This document shows, piece after piece, positions 41,718 through 55,474 of a DNA stretch of 64,000 nucleotides (positions are counted from its first letter, which is position 1; each line of letters starts with the position of its first letter). Location of the stretch: the NCBI RefSeq assembly GCF_006345805.1, contig NC_043004.1, positions 62,682,001 to 62,746,000 of the forward strand, given 5' to 3'. Under the pieces are notes generated by a model. It searched no databases and was not told the DNA's origin. It saw only the letters and a program-made list of their open reading frames with translations. The position numbers were made by a program, and so were the translations under genes. Source of the stretch: Octopus sinensis (Eukaryota).

Positions 41718-43257
41718 AAGTGGTAAGCTCCCCTCAAACTGAAAGAGGGGGTAATATGCCCTATCAATAAGGGAGGTAGCATAGCAGATGCTAAAAATTA
41801 TAGGCCTATCTCTCTGACCTCACACATCAGCAAAGTCATGGAACGAATAGTCCGTAAGAAACTAATCATGTTCCTTGAAGAAATGACTTACTGTCGACAC
41901 CCAGCATGGATTTCGACCAGGTAGAGGCTGCCTAACACAGCTCCTGCAACACTATGACTGGGTGTTGAAACAGCTACTAAATGGCTCAAATGTGGATGTA
42001 ATATATCTTGACTTTGCAAAAGCCTTTGATAAAGTCGACCATGTATGATCTGTCACAAACTGCGTGGTCTCGGCATAGGCGGGAAACTTGGAGAGTGGCT
42101 GCACACCTTCCTAAAAGACAGAAAACAGGCAGTTGTGAGCAATGGAGCCACCTCCAGGGAAACGCAAATAACAAGCGGTGTCCCACAGGGCACTGTCTTG
42201 GGGCCACTGATGTTCATAGTGGCCCTTTCACATGCCTTCAGTTGCTACGATGACCACCCTTGCTAGCTATGCAGATGACACAAAAGTCTCCCACGCAATA
42301 CAAACCCCTGAAAATATTGCGCATCTCTGCAACATGAGCTGGACACAATATCCGGTGGGCTGAGGACAACAACATGCAGTTTCAGCAGGTAAGTTCAGGC
42401 CCTGCGCTACTGGCACACAAAGGAAATGACGTGAAGACTGGATACATGGCCCAGGAAGAATTGCAATCCCTGAGTCAAATCAGTGGGTGACCTGGGCATT
42501 GACATGAGCAATGATGCATCTTTCCAATGCATATTGCTAATCTGGTGATAAATGCAGACGGCTAGCTGGATGGATTCTCCGAACTTTCAGAACAAGAGAG
42601 AAGGAGACACTGATGGTCCTATGGAAAACATTTGTCCTCAGCCGCTTGGACTACTGCTCTCCAACTTTGGTCACCACACAATATAAAACAAACAGCAGAA
42701 CTCGAAGCAACTCAGAGAAGCTACACAAAGAAAATCGTCTCAATGCAAAATGTCAGCTACTGGGAAAGACTGAAGGTATTAAACCTCTTCTCCCTGGAGC
42801 GGAGGCGGGAGAGATATGCAGTGATATACATCTGAAAATCCTGGAGGGTCTTGTCCCAAACTTTGGCATTCAAGTTACTCCAACCGCAGAACGGGGCGCC
42901 GCTGCGTGGTGCCAAGGATTCCAACATCACCATCAAAATAAACAGGTCCAGATACTGCAACAGCTTGGGTTTCAGAGGACCACAGCTCTTTAACATCCCT
43001 CCTAAATGCCTGAGAGACTTACATGGTGTGGATGTGGGTTTCTTTAAAACTAAACTGGATCTCTTCTTGTTTGGAGTCCCAGATGAACCTACCTCACGAC
43101 AGGAGACATGGATGCGGGCAGCAGCATCGAACTCCCTTTTGATCAAGTGCCACGTATCAGAGGTGGATTCACAAACTAGTGTAGCTTCATTCAGCGGTGG
43201 TGCCCCAGCATGGCCGCGGCCTTCGGGCTAAAACATTTTTAAGGATTTAAGGATTTA
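41718..43257 (+). mobile_element. 5'-truncated CR1-clade LINE with 3' UTR
   Basis: [79 protein letters not shown]; terminal (AAGGATTT)x2; many frameshifts. Confidence 0.93.
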
Positions 43258-43862
43258 TATATTGTATATATATATGCATATATGTTAATATATATATATA
43301 TGTATATATGTGTATATATATCTATATATATACATGTATATATATATATGTATATAGATATATATGTAGAAGTATAATGTATATATATATATATGTATAA
43401 TATATGTGTATATATATTTATTTGTTTATATATATATGTTTATATATATATACGTATATTATGTATATATATATATTGTATATATATATATGTATATATA
43501 TATATGTATATATATATATGTTTATATATATATATGTTTATATATATATATGTATATATATATATATGTATATATTATATTATATATATATGTATATATA
43601 CATATATATGTTATATATATATTATGTCATATATATTTACATATATATATATACATATATACATATATATATATATGTATATATATTACATATACATATG
43701 TATATATATATATAATATACATATGTATATATATATACATATGTGTGTTGTCTGTGTGTATAAATGTTATATATATACATATATATAGCATGTATGTATA
43801 TATGTATGTACGTATGTTATATATATATACATGTATATATAATTATATATATATATATATAC

Positions 43863-43918
<56 letters not shown>

Positions 43919-44087
43919 TAAATATAGATATGTGTGTGTGTGTTTGTGTGCATACACACACTCACGCGAAGTCTGATCTATTAGTAGCAGGACTGTTGTC
44001 ATAATAACGAAGCTAAAACATGCAAAATGAACCCGCTTGGCACGGTTTGGTTTTGAACTCTGCTGTGCAAGTGCACTAAGCTTTACC

Positions 44088-44685
44088 GTTCTAGCTTACT
44101 TCTGCTGTTTACAGTAGTACTTCGAAATACCGTGTGTAACGTGTGATTTTCGCATTGACCACATCAGAGCTGTCTTGGCTTAGAGGTCTATACAAGGTTG
44201 CAAAAGTGTCTGGAGTGGGGTGTATGAGCTACACAAAACTAACTGTACGAGTAATTCAGACGTTTCCTAGATGGCCCAAAGCATGTCATGGTGATGAAGG
44301 TTCTAGAAGGCATGAAACCAGCAAAAATGAGAAAATCATCGAAGAATTGTGCGCAGAGGATGTGCAGATTAGTTGCAGTTCAGTTCAATCTTCTATCACT
44401 GACGATTTTTGTACGAGGCACGTGACTACCAAGTTTGTGCCAAAAAAGCTTCCAGCAAATCAGAGATACATTCGGGTTTCAGTTGTACAAAATCTTCTTG
44501 AATGTGTCGAGAAAGATGAAAACTCTTGGAATACTGTGCGTATGCCTCTGAGCAGGTATCGTCATGCTTTTCGCAAAATTTCATGCAGATTCTCTGCTCA
44601 ACTTTCTCTGTGATGTTCTATGAGGCGAACACACGCTACACACGTTGTTTCCCAGCACTGCTGTAAACAGCAGAAGTGAGCTAGG
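44088..44685 (+). mobile_element. Internally deleted mariner element
   Basis: Inverted repeat CTAGCTTACTTCTGCTGTTTACAG (about 44090) / CTGTAAACAGCAGAAGTGAGCTAG (about 44660) around DEGSRR..TKFVPKKL..RVSVVQNLLE. Confidence 0.72.
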
Positions 44686-44819
44686 AGGTTGAACATAGTG
44701 CGCATCCACAGCAGAGCTCAGGGTCAATCATTGCAAAGCCGCGTTACCCTGTGCGCTTTAGGTTGGTTAGTATGGCAACATACCGGATACTTATTGATCA
44801 GAGCACGTATATGCGCACG

Positions 44820-45570
44820 CACACACACACACACACATATATATGATAAGGGGGAGAGAAAGAGACATATAGAGAAAGAGACAGAGAGGCGGGGACAGAC
44901 AGAGACACAGAGAAAGAGCCAGAGAGATAGAAGGGTGGGCTGTATGAAAATATCCCTAGTTATTGAAATAATGTCAAAAAGTGCTATACTTGAATTCACT
45001 CTATTATCGCCTAAAGAAATCCTTTTAAGTTATTCTTAGTTTTACTTTACTTCCATTTTAATTTTTTTTTTTTTTAATTTTGGGGTTTGAATTTTAAATA
45101 GTTGTACTGATATACAGTAGGATATTGCACATCGAATAATGTTTTATATTAGATATATTAAATCAATGGGATTTTATCGGATGTTATTTGTCTGAAATTA
45201 TACAAAATAGAAACCATTATAAAACTGCAACAGTGAGATTTCTAAACTGATCATGTGTAACAATGTTTTGGCTATTGGAAATTTATATTTCTCTAGAAGC
45301 ATTACATAAATTCAACATTGAGAATTGATATATGGTAATTTTAATCAACAATTTCCTTACACATTTGTAAAGCATTTGAGTGTGTTTTGGACCATTTGTA
45401 AGTTTTCATTAATTTCTATTGCCCGAAATCTATTTCTGTCTTTCTCGGCTGTAATTGCATTTTCTGTCGAGACTAAATCATAGAAACAGAAAGCGAAATA
45501 CACTCATACTCACACACATGTATACAGGCAAACGCATGACTTTATATATATATATATATAATATATATAT

Positions 45571-45611
<41 letters not shown>

Positions 45612-46701
45612 CACAGCATCCATACATTTTACGTGTTTCAGAAACTGGGCTACGGTCATGGTATCGCACCTCATTGTAGGGAGTATTTTGTAATACTGGT
45701 TCTTCTAATAGCTTCATTTGTTGAATCACTACTTTAGCTGATAAATGTAGTGAGGAGATCATCAAACCAACAGTAGCCAGTCAGTAGGGGACGAAACACA
45801 GACATACACGTACACACACGTGTATACATACATGGAGAATTGAGTCTAATCCTGAAACCGCGTGGCTGCAAAACGAATCTATTGAGTACACAGGCTTCCT
45901 GATGGCAGTTTCATGTATTGTATGTATTTCTACGTGTACATGTGTCTGCATACAACATGCATAAATACACGTACACACACACACATATATGATAAGGGGG
46001 AGAGAAAGAGACATATAGAGAAAGAGACAGAGAGGCGGGGACAGACAGAGACACAGAGAAAGAGCCAGAGAGATAGAAGGGTGGGCTGTATGAAAATATC
46101 CCTAGTTATTGAAATAATGTCAAAAAGTGCTATACTAATTCACTCTATTATCGCCTAAAGAATCCTTTTAAGTTATTCTTAGTTTTACTTTACTTCCATT
46201 TTAATTTTTTTTTTTTTTAATTTTGGGGTTTGAATTTTAAATAGTTGTACTGATATACAGTAGGATATTGCACATCGAATAATGTTTTATATTAGATATA
46301 TTAAATCAATGGGATTTTATCGGATGTTATTTGTCTGAAATTATACAAAATAGAAACCATTATAAAACTGCAACAGTGAGATTTCTAAACTGATCATGTG
46401 TAACAATGTTTTGGCTATTGGAAATTTATATTTCTCTAGAAGCATTACATAAATTCAACATTGAGAATTGATATATGGTAATTTTAATCAACCATTTTCC
46501 TTACACATTTGTAAAGCATTTGAGTGTTTTTGGACCATTTGTAAGTTTTCATTAATTCTATTGCCCGAAATCTATTTCTGTCTTTCTCGGCTGTAATTGC
46601 ATTTTCTGTCGAGACTAAATCATAGAAACAGAAAGCGAAATACACTCATACTCACACACATGTATACAGGTAAACGCATGACTTTATATATACTATATAT
46701 A

Positions 46702-46737
<36 letters not shown>

Positions 46738-47125
46738 AATATATATATATACACAGGCATCCATACACATTTACGTGTTTCAGAAACTGGGCTACGGTCA
46801 TGGTATCGCACCTCATTGAGGGAGTATTTTGTAATACTGGTTCTTCTAATAGCTTCATTTGTTGAATCACTACTTTAGCTGATAAATGTAGTGAGGAGAT
46901 AATCCAACCACAGTAGCCAGTCAGTAGGGGACGAAACACAGACATACACGTACACACACGGTGTATACATGCATGGAGAATTGAGTCTAATCCTGAAACC
47001 GCGTGGCTGCAAAACGAATCTATTGAGTACACAGGCTTCCTGATGGCAGTTTCACGTATTGTATGTATTTCTACTACGTGTACATGTGTCTGCATACAAA
47101 CATGCATAAATACACGTACACACAC
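44820..47125. repeat. Tandem duplication, period about 1146 bp
   Basis: GATAAGGGGGAGAG at 44845 and 45991; the two units are near-identical and differ mostly by indels. Confidence 0.92.
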
Positions 47126-47170
47126 ACATACGCATATGTATGTATGTATGCATATATATATATGTATATA

Positions 47171-47235
<65 letters not shown>

Positions 47236-47370
47236 TCCTAAATCTCTCAGAGAGAGTGATACCGTAGCAGAACGTTAAAGTGATGTAACTTATCTGTTCT
47301 ATAAAAGAGTCCCAGAGGATAAGAACTAGTCTTACAAAGAACAGGTCATGGTTGCTATTTTATCAACTAA

Positions 47371-47430
47371 AGGCAGTGCACCAGCATGGCCGCAGTGAAA
47401 TGACTGAAACAAATAAAAGAATAAAAGAGA
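47371..47430 (+). mobile_element. SINE family C 3' tail fragment
   Basis: GGCAGTGCACCAGCATGGCCGCAGTGAAATGACTGAAAC plus (AATAAAAG)n; homologous to 27650-27690. Confidence 0.65.
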
Positions 47431-47435
47431 ATATG

Positions 47436-47467
<32 letters not shown>

Positions 47468-47715
47468 ATATATTATATATATATATATATATATAATAGA
47501 AATATTAAAATTACTAAGTCTCTATAAAAGAGATTATGGCAGCGTTTACTGAAAATTAATTGTTATCGCCATATTAATATGGCATTCTTATAGATATAAG
47601 AATAATCGCTGCCATGGTCAGCTCCATGAGCCACCGCCATCAAGATAGCTATTGATACACGATCTGTCTCCATTATAACCTTCGAACAAGGGAGGTCAGC
47701 CGCTTCACACTGCCA

Positions 47716-47775
47716 GTCCGACAGCTACAGACGCGTTTCGGGGTATTGCCCCTTGTCAATGTAGCGCAGTCAGAC
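47716..47775 (-). ncRNA. Type I hammerhead ribozyme motif, U3-A8 variant
   Basis: GUCUGAC-UGC-GCUACA-UUGACAA-GGGG-CAAUA-CCCC-GAAAC-GC-GUC-UGUAGC-U-GUCGGAC. Confidence 0.85.
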
Positions 47776-48295
47776 CCGCAGGTGTCGCCACTGACGTCTC
47801 TGTTCGAAGGCTTATATTTACCTAGTTTCAGTGGAATACATCCACTTGTTTTCAATAATAGAAATATTAAAATTACTAAGTCTCTATAAAAGAGATTATG
47901 GCAGCGTTTACAGGAAATTGTTATCGCCATATTAATATGGCATTCTTATAGATATAAGAATAATCGCTGCCATGGTCAGCTCCATGTCGGACTGGCAGTG
48001 TGAAGCGGCTGACCTCCCTTGTTCGAAGGTTATAATGGATACAGATCGTGTATCAATAGCTATCTTGATGGCGGTGGCCTCATGGAGCTGACCATGGCAG
48101 CGATTATTCTTATATCTATAAGAATGCCATATTAATATGGCGATAACAATTAATTTCAAGTAAACGCTGCCATAATCTCTTTTATAGAGACTTAGTAATT
48201 TTAATATTTCTATTATTGAAAACAAGTGGATGTATTCCACTGAAACTAGGTAAATATAAGCCTTCGAACAGAGACGTCAGTGGCGACACCTGCGG

Positions 48296-48355
48296 GTCTG
48301 ACTGCGCTACATTGACAAGGGGCAATATCCCGAAACGCGTCTGTAGCTGTCGGAC
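48296..48355 (+). ncRNA. Type I hammerhead ribozyme motif, U3-A8 variant
   Basis: Stem Ia GCUACA/UGUAGC, stem Ib GUCUGAC/GUCGGAC, core UUGACAA 48312-48318, stem II GGGG/UCCC, GAAAC-GC-GUC; predicted cut after 48341. Confidence 0.85.
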
Positions 48356-48515
48356 TGGCAGTGTGAAGCGGCTGACCTCCCTTGTTCGAAGGTTATAATG
48401 GAGACAGATCGTGTATCAATAGCTATCTTGATGGCGGTGGCCTCATGGAGCTGACCATGGCAGCGATTATTCTTATATCTATAAGAATGCCATATTAATA
48501 TGGCGATAACAATTA

Positions 48516-48583
<68 letters not shown>

Positions 48584-49912
48584 ACACACACACACACGCT
48601 CGCACATACATATACGCAAACAAAGAGATCAAATAGATCATGCCAAATTAACTCAGAAAAAGCAATTCCGTGTGTCATTGGCTAAAACATGAAGACTTAG
48701 AACAATTCCAAGTAATTAAACTAGGCATTTTACCAATCCATACACAGTTACAAAGTTCTTCCTTAGTCTTGGGTATTCTGCATTTCCCTGCAAGTATGAA
48801 ATGCAAATTGCTAAGTATTGCGCTTTGTAATATTTCATGAACAAGACGGTGAGCTGTCAGAATCATTAGCACGACGGTAGGAATTATTCGCAGCATTGAT
48901 TCCGTCTTCACTTTTGTTACTTTAGATTTCACGCTGTCTGTACATTTAGTGGTTAGATGTATTCAAACGCCAGGTTTTTCTTAAAACAACCTTTTGTTTG
49001 GGGATAATGAGCAACTGAAATGCCTATGGTGCTCCTCGGATTGGGTGTCGTCAAAAGCCTCGAAAATATGTCTCAAACATGTTGAACACATTTCTCGAAT
49101 GCACCAATATAGACACGGTAAACTTTTTTGCGTAATCCAGATCATATCTAAAGAGAAAAATATTTAGGCCAGCATATGTTGTAAAGAATTCAAGTTGTCG
49201 TCTATACAAACAAGAAAAGTTTCGTCTGCACGGTAGATTTGATGTGCACGGATACGATGATTGGGAGCTGAATACCTCTTTCACGGCTTCCTACATTACA
49301 GAAACCGGGTTAATAAATTACTAACGTGAGAATTGATGGGAGAAATCGTGAACCATCGATGATGGATTCATCTCAAATTAGGTATTAAATTGGAGTCGAT
49401 ATGGTTAAATGCGAATATAATGTTTATAGACATTTAGAATAATTTCGAATAAAGGAAGTTTTAGTAGCCTAAGAGAAGAGCTTGTGCAAGGTGTCACGAC
49501 TGGCGTGATGTCGGTGTTATTATCTTTTGACTGATTCTCGAACGCGATACTATGATACACGAATGATGATTTGACAAAATTAGAACTCGTGCTCGACGAC
49601 ATAGAGGAACTAACCCCGTGCGAAGAGCCGATTGCCAGTAGTACAACGTGCTCACAAAAGCATTACATACTTTTCGACGGATTGAGATGAGAAGCTGCAT
49701 ATACGTGCGAATTTTTAGTTCCTCTTCTCTAAAATTCGCGTGACGTCTGGCACGGTAGACATATTGTTAAGAGGAATAGTTCACGCAGATTTCTGATGTT
49801 ACGGTTGTTAAGCCGTTAAAAGCTGATGCAACGAGCGATGTATTGACTGGCTGAGCCAGAGTGGCATGTGAAGAGAAAGAAGAAAGAAAGGAGAAAATAA
49901 GAATCGATATAA

Positions 49913-49994
<82 letters not shown>

Positions 49995-50032
49995 ACGACG
50001 ACGACGACGACGACGACGATGATAATGTTCAT
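49913..50032. repeat. (GAT)n/(GAC)n tract
   Basis: Read directly. Confidence 0.95.
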
Positions 50033-50163
50033 GTATTATGACATTTCCAATAAGAATAATGATTATAATAGATCTCATTCAAATAAAAATCTGAACGTTG
50101 AAAGAAGAAAACGCAACGTCACACATTACATATAGTACTTCATGTATGTGTGTGTGTATTTTG

Positions 50164-50219
<56 letters not shown>

Positions 50220-51994
50220 CTTTTGTTTATACATGCACTTGTATGGGTGTGCTGTGTGTGTGCATTGTGTGTGTGTAGACAGAGTGGGGGAAGAAGGGGA
50301 AAAGAGAAAGAGAGGGATATAGAGAACTAAATATATAACTTGCAAATTTTATACAAGCGACAAAAAATATGATCTAGATGTAATGCTTATTTGCATGAGT
50401 TCGTTTACAACAGAGATTTTTCATTCGGGATGCAAGATTAGTAGAATAGATATAACCGGAAAAGAAAACAAGAGGAGCAAACAAGGAAACGAACTATAAA
50501 AGTTACATAGTATGTTTGTCAATAATTGAACTGGAAGACATTCTAACGAAAGGTGAAGAGAAGATTGCATGCACAGTGAGGAAAATCAATTCAGAACAAA
50601 AAGAAAAGAAATAGCAAAAATTTTTTTCAGAAACTCTCAAAAACATTTTAAAGATGAACATTGATTATGTAAAATAAAAATTGAAAGTTATTTTATATAT
50701 CTTTTTGAGACATATAGGACATATACTAACATAAAATAATGGGGTGCAGAAAGTTCGAGTAGGAAACAAAGTGTAGAAATTCTTAATGCATATGTAGCGC
50801 AAGAGCAAGCAATTAATACTAAGTAACATCGTTAAAATAAATATGGAGGTTTGAAAGAAACCATCGTGATAATAAATGTCAAATATGTTGCAAAAGTAAC
50901 GAAAACTCTATCAATTATATTATTTTACGTGTGCAGTAGAATATTAAAAATCAAATATTATTGCGTGAACGATATGAGACAAGAGAAAAAGAATATATGA
51001 ACTGACAGGTCAATAAGGAAACATAAAAGAAAACTCGGATCCTCATAAATGAGGTGATTTTATTTGAAAATAAGTTATTTAACATTTCGTGAGATGTTCT
51101 GCAAGCAGCCAGTATCAATTAGTAGAAATGAAGATTTCAAATTATATCACAATCTTGACACATTCAAGGAATATTATGTCGTAAATGCAGATTAAACTTA
51201 CGATGATTGTACAGAAAGTAACGTCAAAGTGGGTATAGAATTTCTATTGGCATAGGACTTTTGGTTTGGACGTGTTGATAGTGTAATATATCTATATTAA
51301 TTTTTCTATGTAATCTTCGTTGCATAATCAGCGATTCTTCAGTGAGCACTTCACAAACACTGACGTAGTCTTTACAACATCCAAACAAGTTATTTACAGA
51401 GTTGGCATTATTGACCACTGCAATGCTCACAGATGAGTAAACAAGTAGAAGAGGTGAAAAACGAGTTACAAACGAACCTTTCTTCTCGCTCCTTCAACTG
51501 TGAATAATGACAGTTGATAAACTATTCGTATGAACAGTGTGATTAGAGGATTTACAACCATAAACCTACAGCACAGTCAATAAACTTTAAAGAGGCTTCG
51601 CAATTTTCACTACATTTGACGAAGAGAAAAGAGTGGTAGTCTGCACTGATCGGCTGGAAGTATTTCAAGCCACTTAAGATAAGTGGGTTCTGACTTGGCA
51701 CCTGATAAAATATGGCCGTGTGAAAGGCTTCATTACCTGGAATTACGGGAAGTGTCTTGTCTAAGCTTTAGAAAATTCGGAATCCAGTGAGAAACAGAGA
51801 AAGGCAAAACGTCATGATTTAGTCCATTGTTGTCTAATCATTTCTGCATTCTCAGTCTTCCAGGACTGCTTCGTGATCGTTCATTTCTGACATTAGGCAT
51901 AACTATTTTATTATAGAAAGAATTCGCACCGTAGAAAAGAAATAGAGAAACGAAAAGAATATTCCACTCAGATTAAGTGGTTGTACTTACACTT

Positions 51995-52195
51995 AGTTGT
52001 TTCAGTCATAAGACTGCGGTCATTCTAGAGCATCACCTTGAAGAATTGTAGTGTCTCGAATCGACCGGCGTACTTATTTATTACAAGTCTAGTACTTTTT
52101 CTATCGTTTTTTCTTGCCGAACCTCTAGGTTACAGGACATAAAAGCAGCAACAGCGATTTGTTAATCGATGGTGGGGAAAAACACAGTCATCACT
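51995..52195 (-). mobile_element. SINE family C tail
   Basis: TTGTTTCAGTCATAAGACTGCGGTCAT is the reverse complement of the family C tail. Confidence 0.65.
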
Positions 52196-52984
52196 TAACA
52201 CAGACACATACACACACACACATGCACGCACGCACACACACACACGCAAACACATACACACATAAACGCACATGCACGAAGTTAATGACAGTTAACGATC
52301 ATGAAGCAGTCCTGGAAGACTGAGAATGCAGAAATGACTAGACAACAATGGGCTGAATCATTTCAAAGTGCATCTCTGTCAAGACAGGCAGTTAAGAGAA
52401 TAAGTTGAAATATGAGCTGACTGAGTCAGTCTTACTACTGAAGAAAACAAAACGCTTGTGGTTCAAACGCCACTCCAAGTTGCAAGTAATCTAAAATGTT
52501 GGATGCCAATGAATTAGGCAACTCACGCAGATCCGCATAATATGGAGAAATGCACATCCTACTAATATGAAGCAATTATATCCCTACTTTCGCCCACCTC
52601 TTTCGCTTTTTCTATTCATATATAAGTTAACCCGGAATGATGTAGCTGGGGAGCAAACTCCTTATAAGACAATTACCACTTGTTTACTTAAAAGTTCTTA
52701 ATACTTGAGGCATTTGTAGAACTTAAAAACGGGGCTCATTTTCTAAAATCAAGAAATTACACGCGTTTACAGACTCATACAAGGCCAATATTCAACGAAA
52801 GGTCATATTATGAGAGCCAATTTTAATGTGACAAATGAATAGGTGTCACCCTGTGAATAAATATTTCTCAATTATTTTGTTTGAAACTCTGAATCTTTCT
52901 GTAGGGACAACTGTGACATTTTCCAGCATTTGCTGTTGATACACCATATAATGTAGAGAGAGCGAAATAATGCTACGATCGTCG

Positions 52985-53090
52985 TAATCCTATAGTAGAA
53001 GTCACTTGCCAAATATGACAGGCATTCCGACTCAACCCACAACCATGTGGTTGTGAAGCAAACATCGTAGCACAGAGTCACGCCAGTTCT
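52985..53090 (-). mobile_element. SINE family C head fragment
   Basis: TATAGTAGAAGTCACTTGCC..AACCATGTGGTTG matches the reverse complement of 20580-20655. Confidence 0.55.
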
Positions 53091-53323
53091 ACCACACAAA
53101 CGCCCCGGCCTCTAGTCAGAGAAGTTACGTATGCTAATGCATTGCGTTATTATATTCCCGCGTCAAATTGACATCGTGTGAACAAGTACACTATGAGTAG
53201 TAGAATGAATTATCTTGTTCTGGACGATTCGGTTAACCGATAACTGGGTAGCGAATTCACATCAGAGATGACACGTTTGAAGTTACGTGCTTTCGTGTGG
53301 AAATTTGTATGTTTTTTTCTTAA

Positions 53324-53489
53324 TATAAATATATGAAAGAATGGATTTGAACGACGAATTAACAAAATTCCTTCATAAGCGGCATAAAATACTCCTTATT
53401 CCTTCGCAATTAGGAATATGCAGCTTTCGAAACATATGTCGAAAATAAAGGAATTTTGTTAATTCGTCGTTCAACTCCATTCTTTCATA

Positions 53490-53497
<8 letters not shown>
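53324..53497. repeat. Fold-back with about 50-bp inverted arms around a partial hammerhead (GAAAC-AUAU-GUC)
   Basis: Arms at about 53324-53373 and 53447-53497; the 3' part resembles the minus strand of 55340-55410. Confidence 0.7.
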
Positions 53498-53521
<24 letters not shown>

Positions 53522-53882
53522 CGCACACAAACGCTTATGTACACTTACACAGACACACACACATATACGTAAATAAATGCACATGCGTATAATATATATT
53601 TAAAATGTATGCAAACAATATATCTTTGCATAAGTACGCTTAATTTTCGTTTGTCTTTGATTTCTGATTAATGAATGGCAATGAGAACTGAATCAGACGG
53701 TAATGTAATAAATGTGTTATTAAACAGACCGATATAATGATAATCAACTTGATAAGAATTATATGATTTCGAGATAATTACGTATCGAGAATAAAGAAGC
53801 ATTTCTGAGCAGAAGGATAATTGAGAATTAGGTAAGTGATGCAGCCTGAAACTACAACTAAGATATAATCAATTTACACGCA

Positions 53883-53936
<54 letters not shown>

Positions 53937-53937
53937 A

Positions 53938-54018
<81 letters not shown>

Positions 54019-55394
54019 TATGTATACATATATTGTGTATAAACATATATATGTATATATAAAAATACATATATATATATATATATATATTTATACATAT
54101 ATGCATATATAAAAACATATACTCATACACACACAAACACACTCACATACAGATACACACACATATATTCAGACGCACGTTTGGACACAAGCATGGCATA
54201 ACCGAGAGGTAAAAAGTCTGAGCGAGCAAGAAATTGCAAGAGAGTGCGAGAGTTAAGGACTGGGAAATAGTACATAATTTCTTGTGATTCACTGAGGCTA
54301 TTCATAAACGTGAGTAACGAAGACCATTAAAAGAACATTTCCAGTAATTGGTTTTCTGTAAATTCAATCGTTGATTAATGACTGTAAAGAAATCCAATAA
54401 TGTGACTCTACAGAGTTATTAATTTATATATGCATTTTTCCTTTACTTATAATCAATAAATTATTAGGAAATCAATCATTTCGTGTCAAGTGATGTCTCA
54501 TAGAATTCACGTAAATGTTATTATTCACTACTCCATCCAACGAAGTACTGAGGCGAAATATTCAGATTGTGTGTGTACAAACCAGTAATGCAATTTTGTT
54601 TCACTTCTAATCGAAGAGATATTTCGATATTTGACTGAAAATTACTCTCATAATCAAAGGAGAATTAGGAAATTGGAACAGTTGAAATTTAAGTGATATG
54701 TGAATATAAATTATTTAAAACTCTTGGGTTTTTCAATGTATTAAATTCCATGTATTGTATTATTAATAGTATAATTACTTTTGTCATGAACGATAAATTT
54801 GCTTTTTTACCGATAAAAAGACTGCCCAACATAATTCTCAAAGGGAAGCTCACATACACACCGACATCCACTTTATACGTATATGTATCCATGTATCTAT
54901 GAATTTATGTATGAATCTATCTGTGTATCTATGTAACTTTCTTTTTACTCATATATATATATATATATCAATTTTCAATATAATTTTATATCAATATATA
55001 TCAATTTTCAATATAATTTTATATCAATATAATTTTCTCCTGGATAATAAACTATAGATTTTTCTGTAGTATTTTTACTTGACGATGCACGTGGATAGGC
55101 AGAGGAAGGTGATGAACCTCATTCGTATATTTTAAATTCGCCGGTACTGGACGTTAAATATGATCTGTCTGATACTGTTAGCTGGAGAGGTATATTCAAT
55201 TCTTCCAATGCCGCCGGATTTAATATTGTGAAGTCCCATGCTAATGAGGAAAATGTTCCGGGTAAAGTATAAATTATACATTCATTATACCGATCTAATT
55301 CGGTGTATACGTATATATATATAATATATATATATATATAGTGAATGGAATAAATGGAGTTGAACGAAGATTGTACAGGATACCTTTTATTACA

Positions 55395-55474
55395 TTCTAC
55401 ACATGTTTCGAAGGCCACAAATTTCCAAATTCAGTTTAAATAAGGGTACCATATTGCGGCTTTCTCTTCAGGAA
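55395..55474 (-). ncRNA. Degenerate type I hammerhead motif (probable PLE pseudo-LTR)
   Basis: UUC-CUGAAGA-GAAAGCCGC...GUGGCCUUC-GAAAC-AUGU-GUA-GAA; stem II 8 of 9 pairs, stem I only 3 bp. Confidence 0.45.

Larger units (their letters stand above)
47495..48519. mobile_element. Non-LTR retrozyme-like insert: about 362-bp unit, about 1.35 copies minus-sense then about 1.5 copies plus-sense, between (TA)n tracts
   Basis: Period of 362 (47499/47861) and 363 (47987/48350); inversion junction at about 47986; one complete HHR in each arm; no recognisable coding motif. Confidence 0.85.

Noticed and set aside
55099-55261. Stop-free frame ending at a GTAAAG donor-like site (possible exon)
   Set aside because: No good acceptor tract, no recognisable protein motif, and open frames on both strands are compatible with chance.
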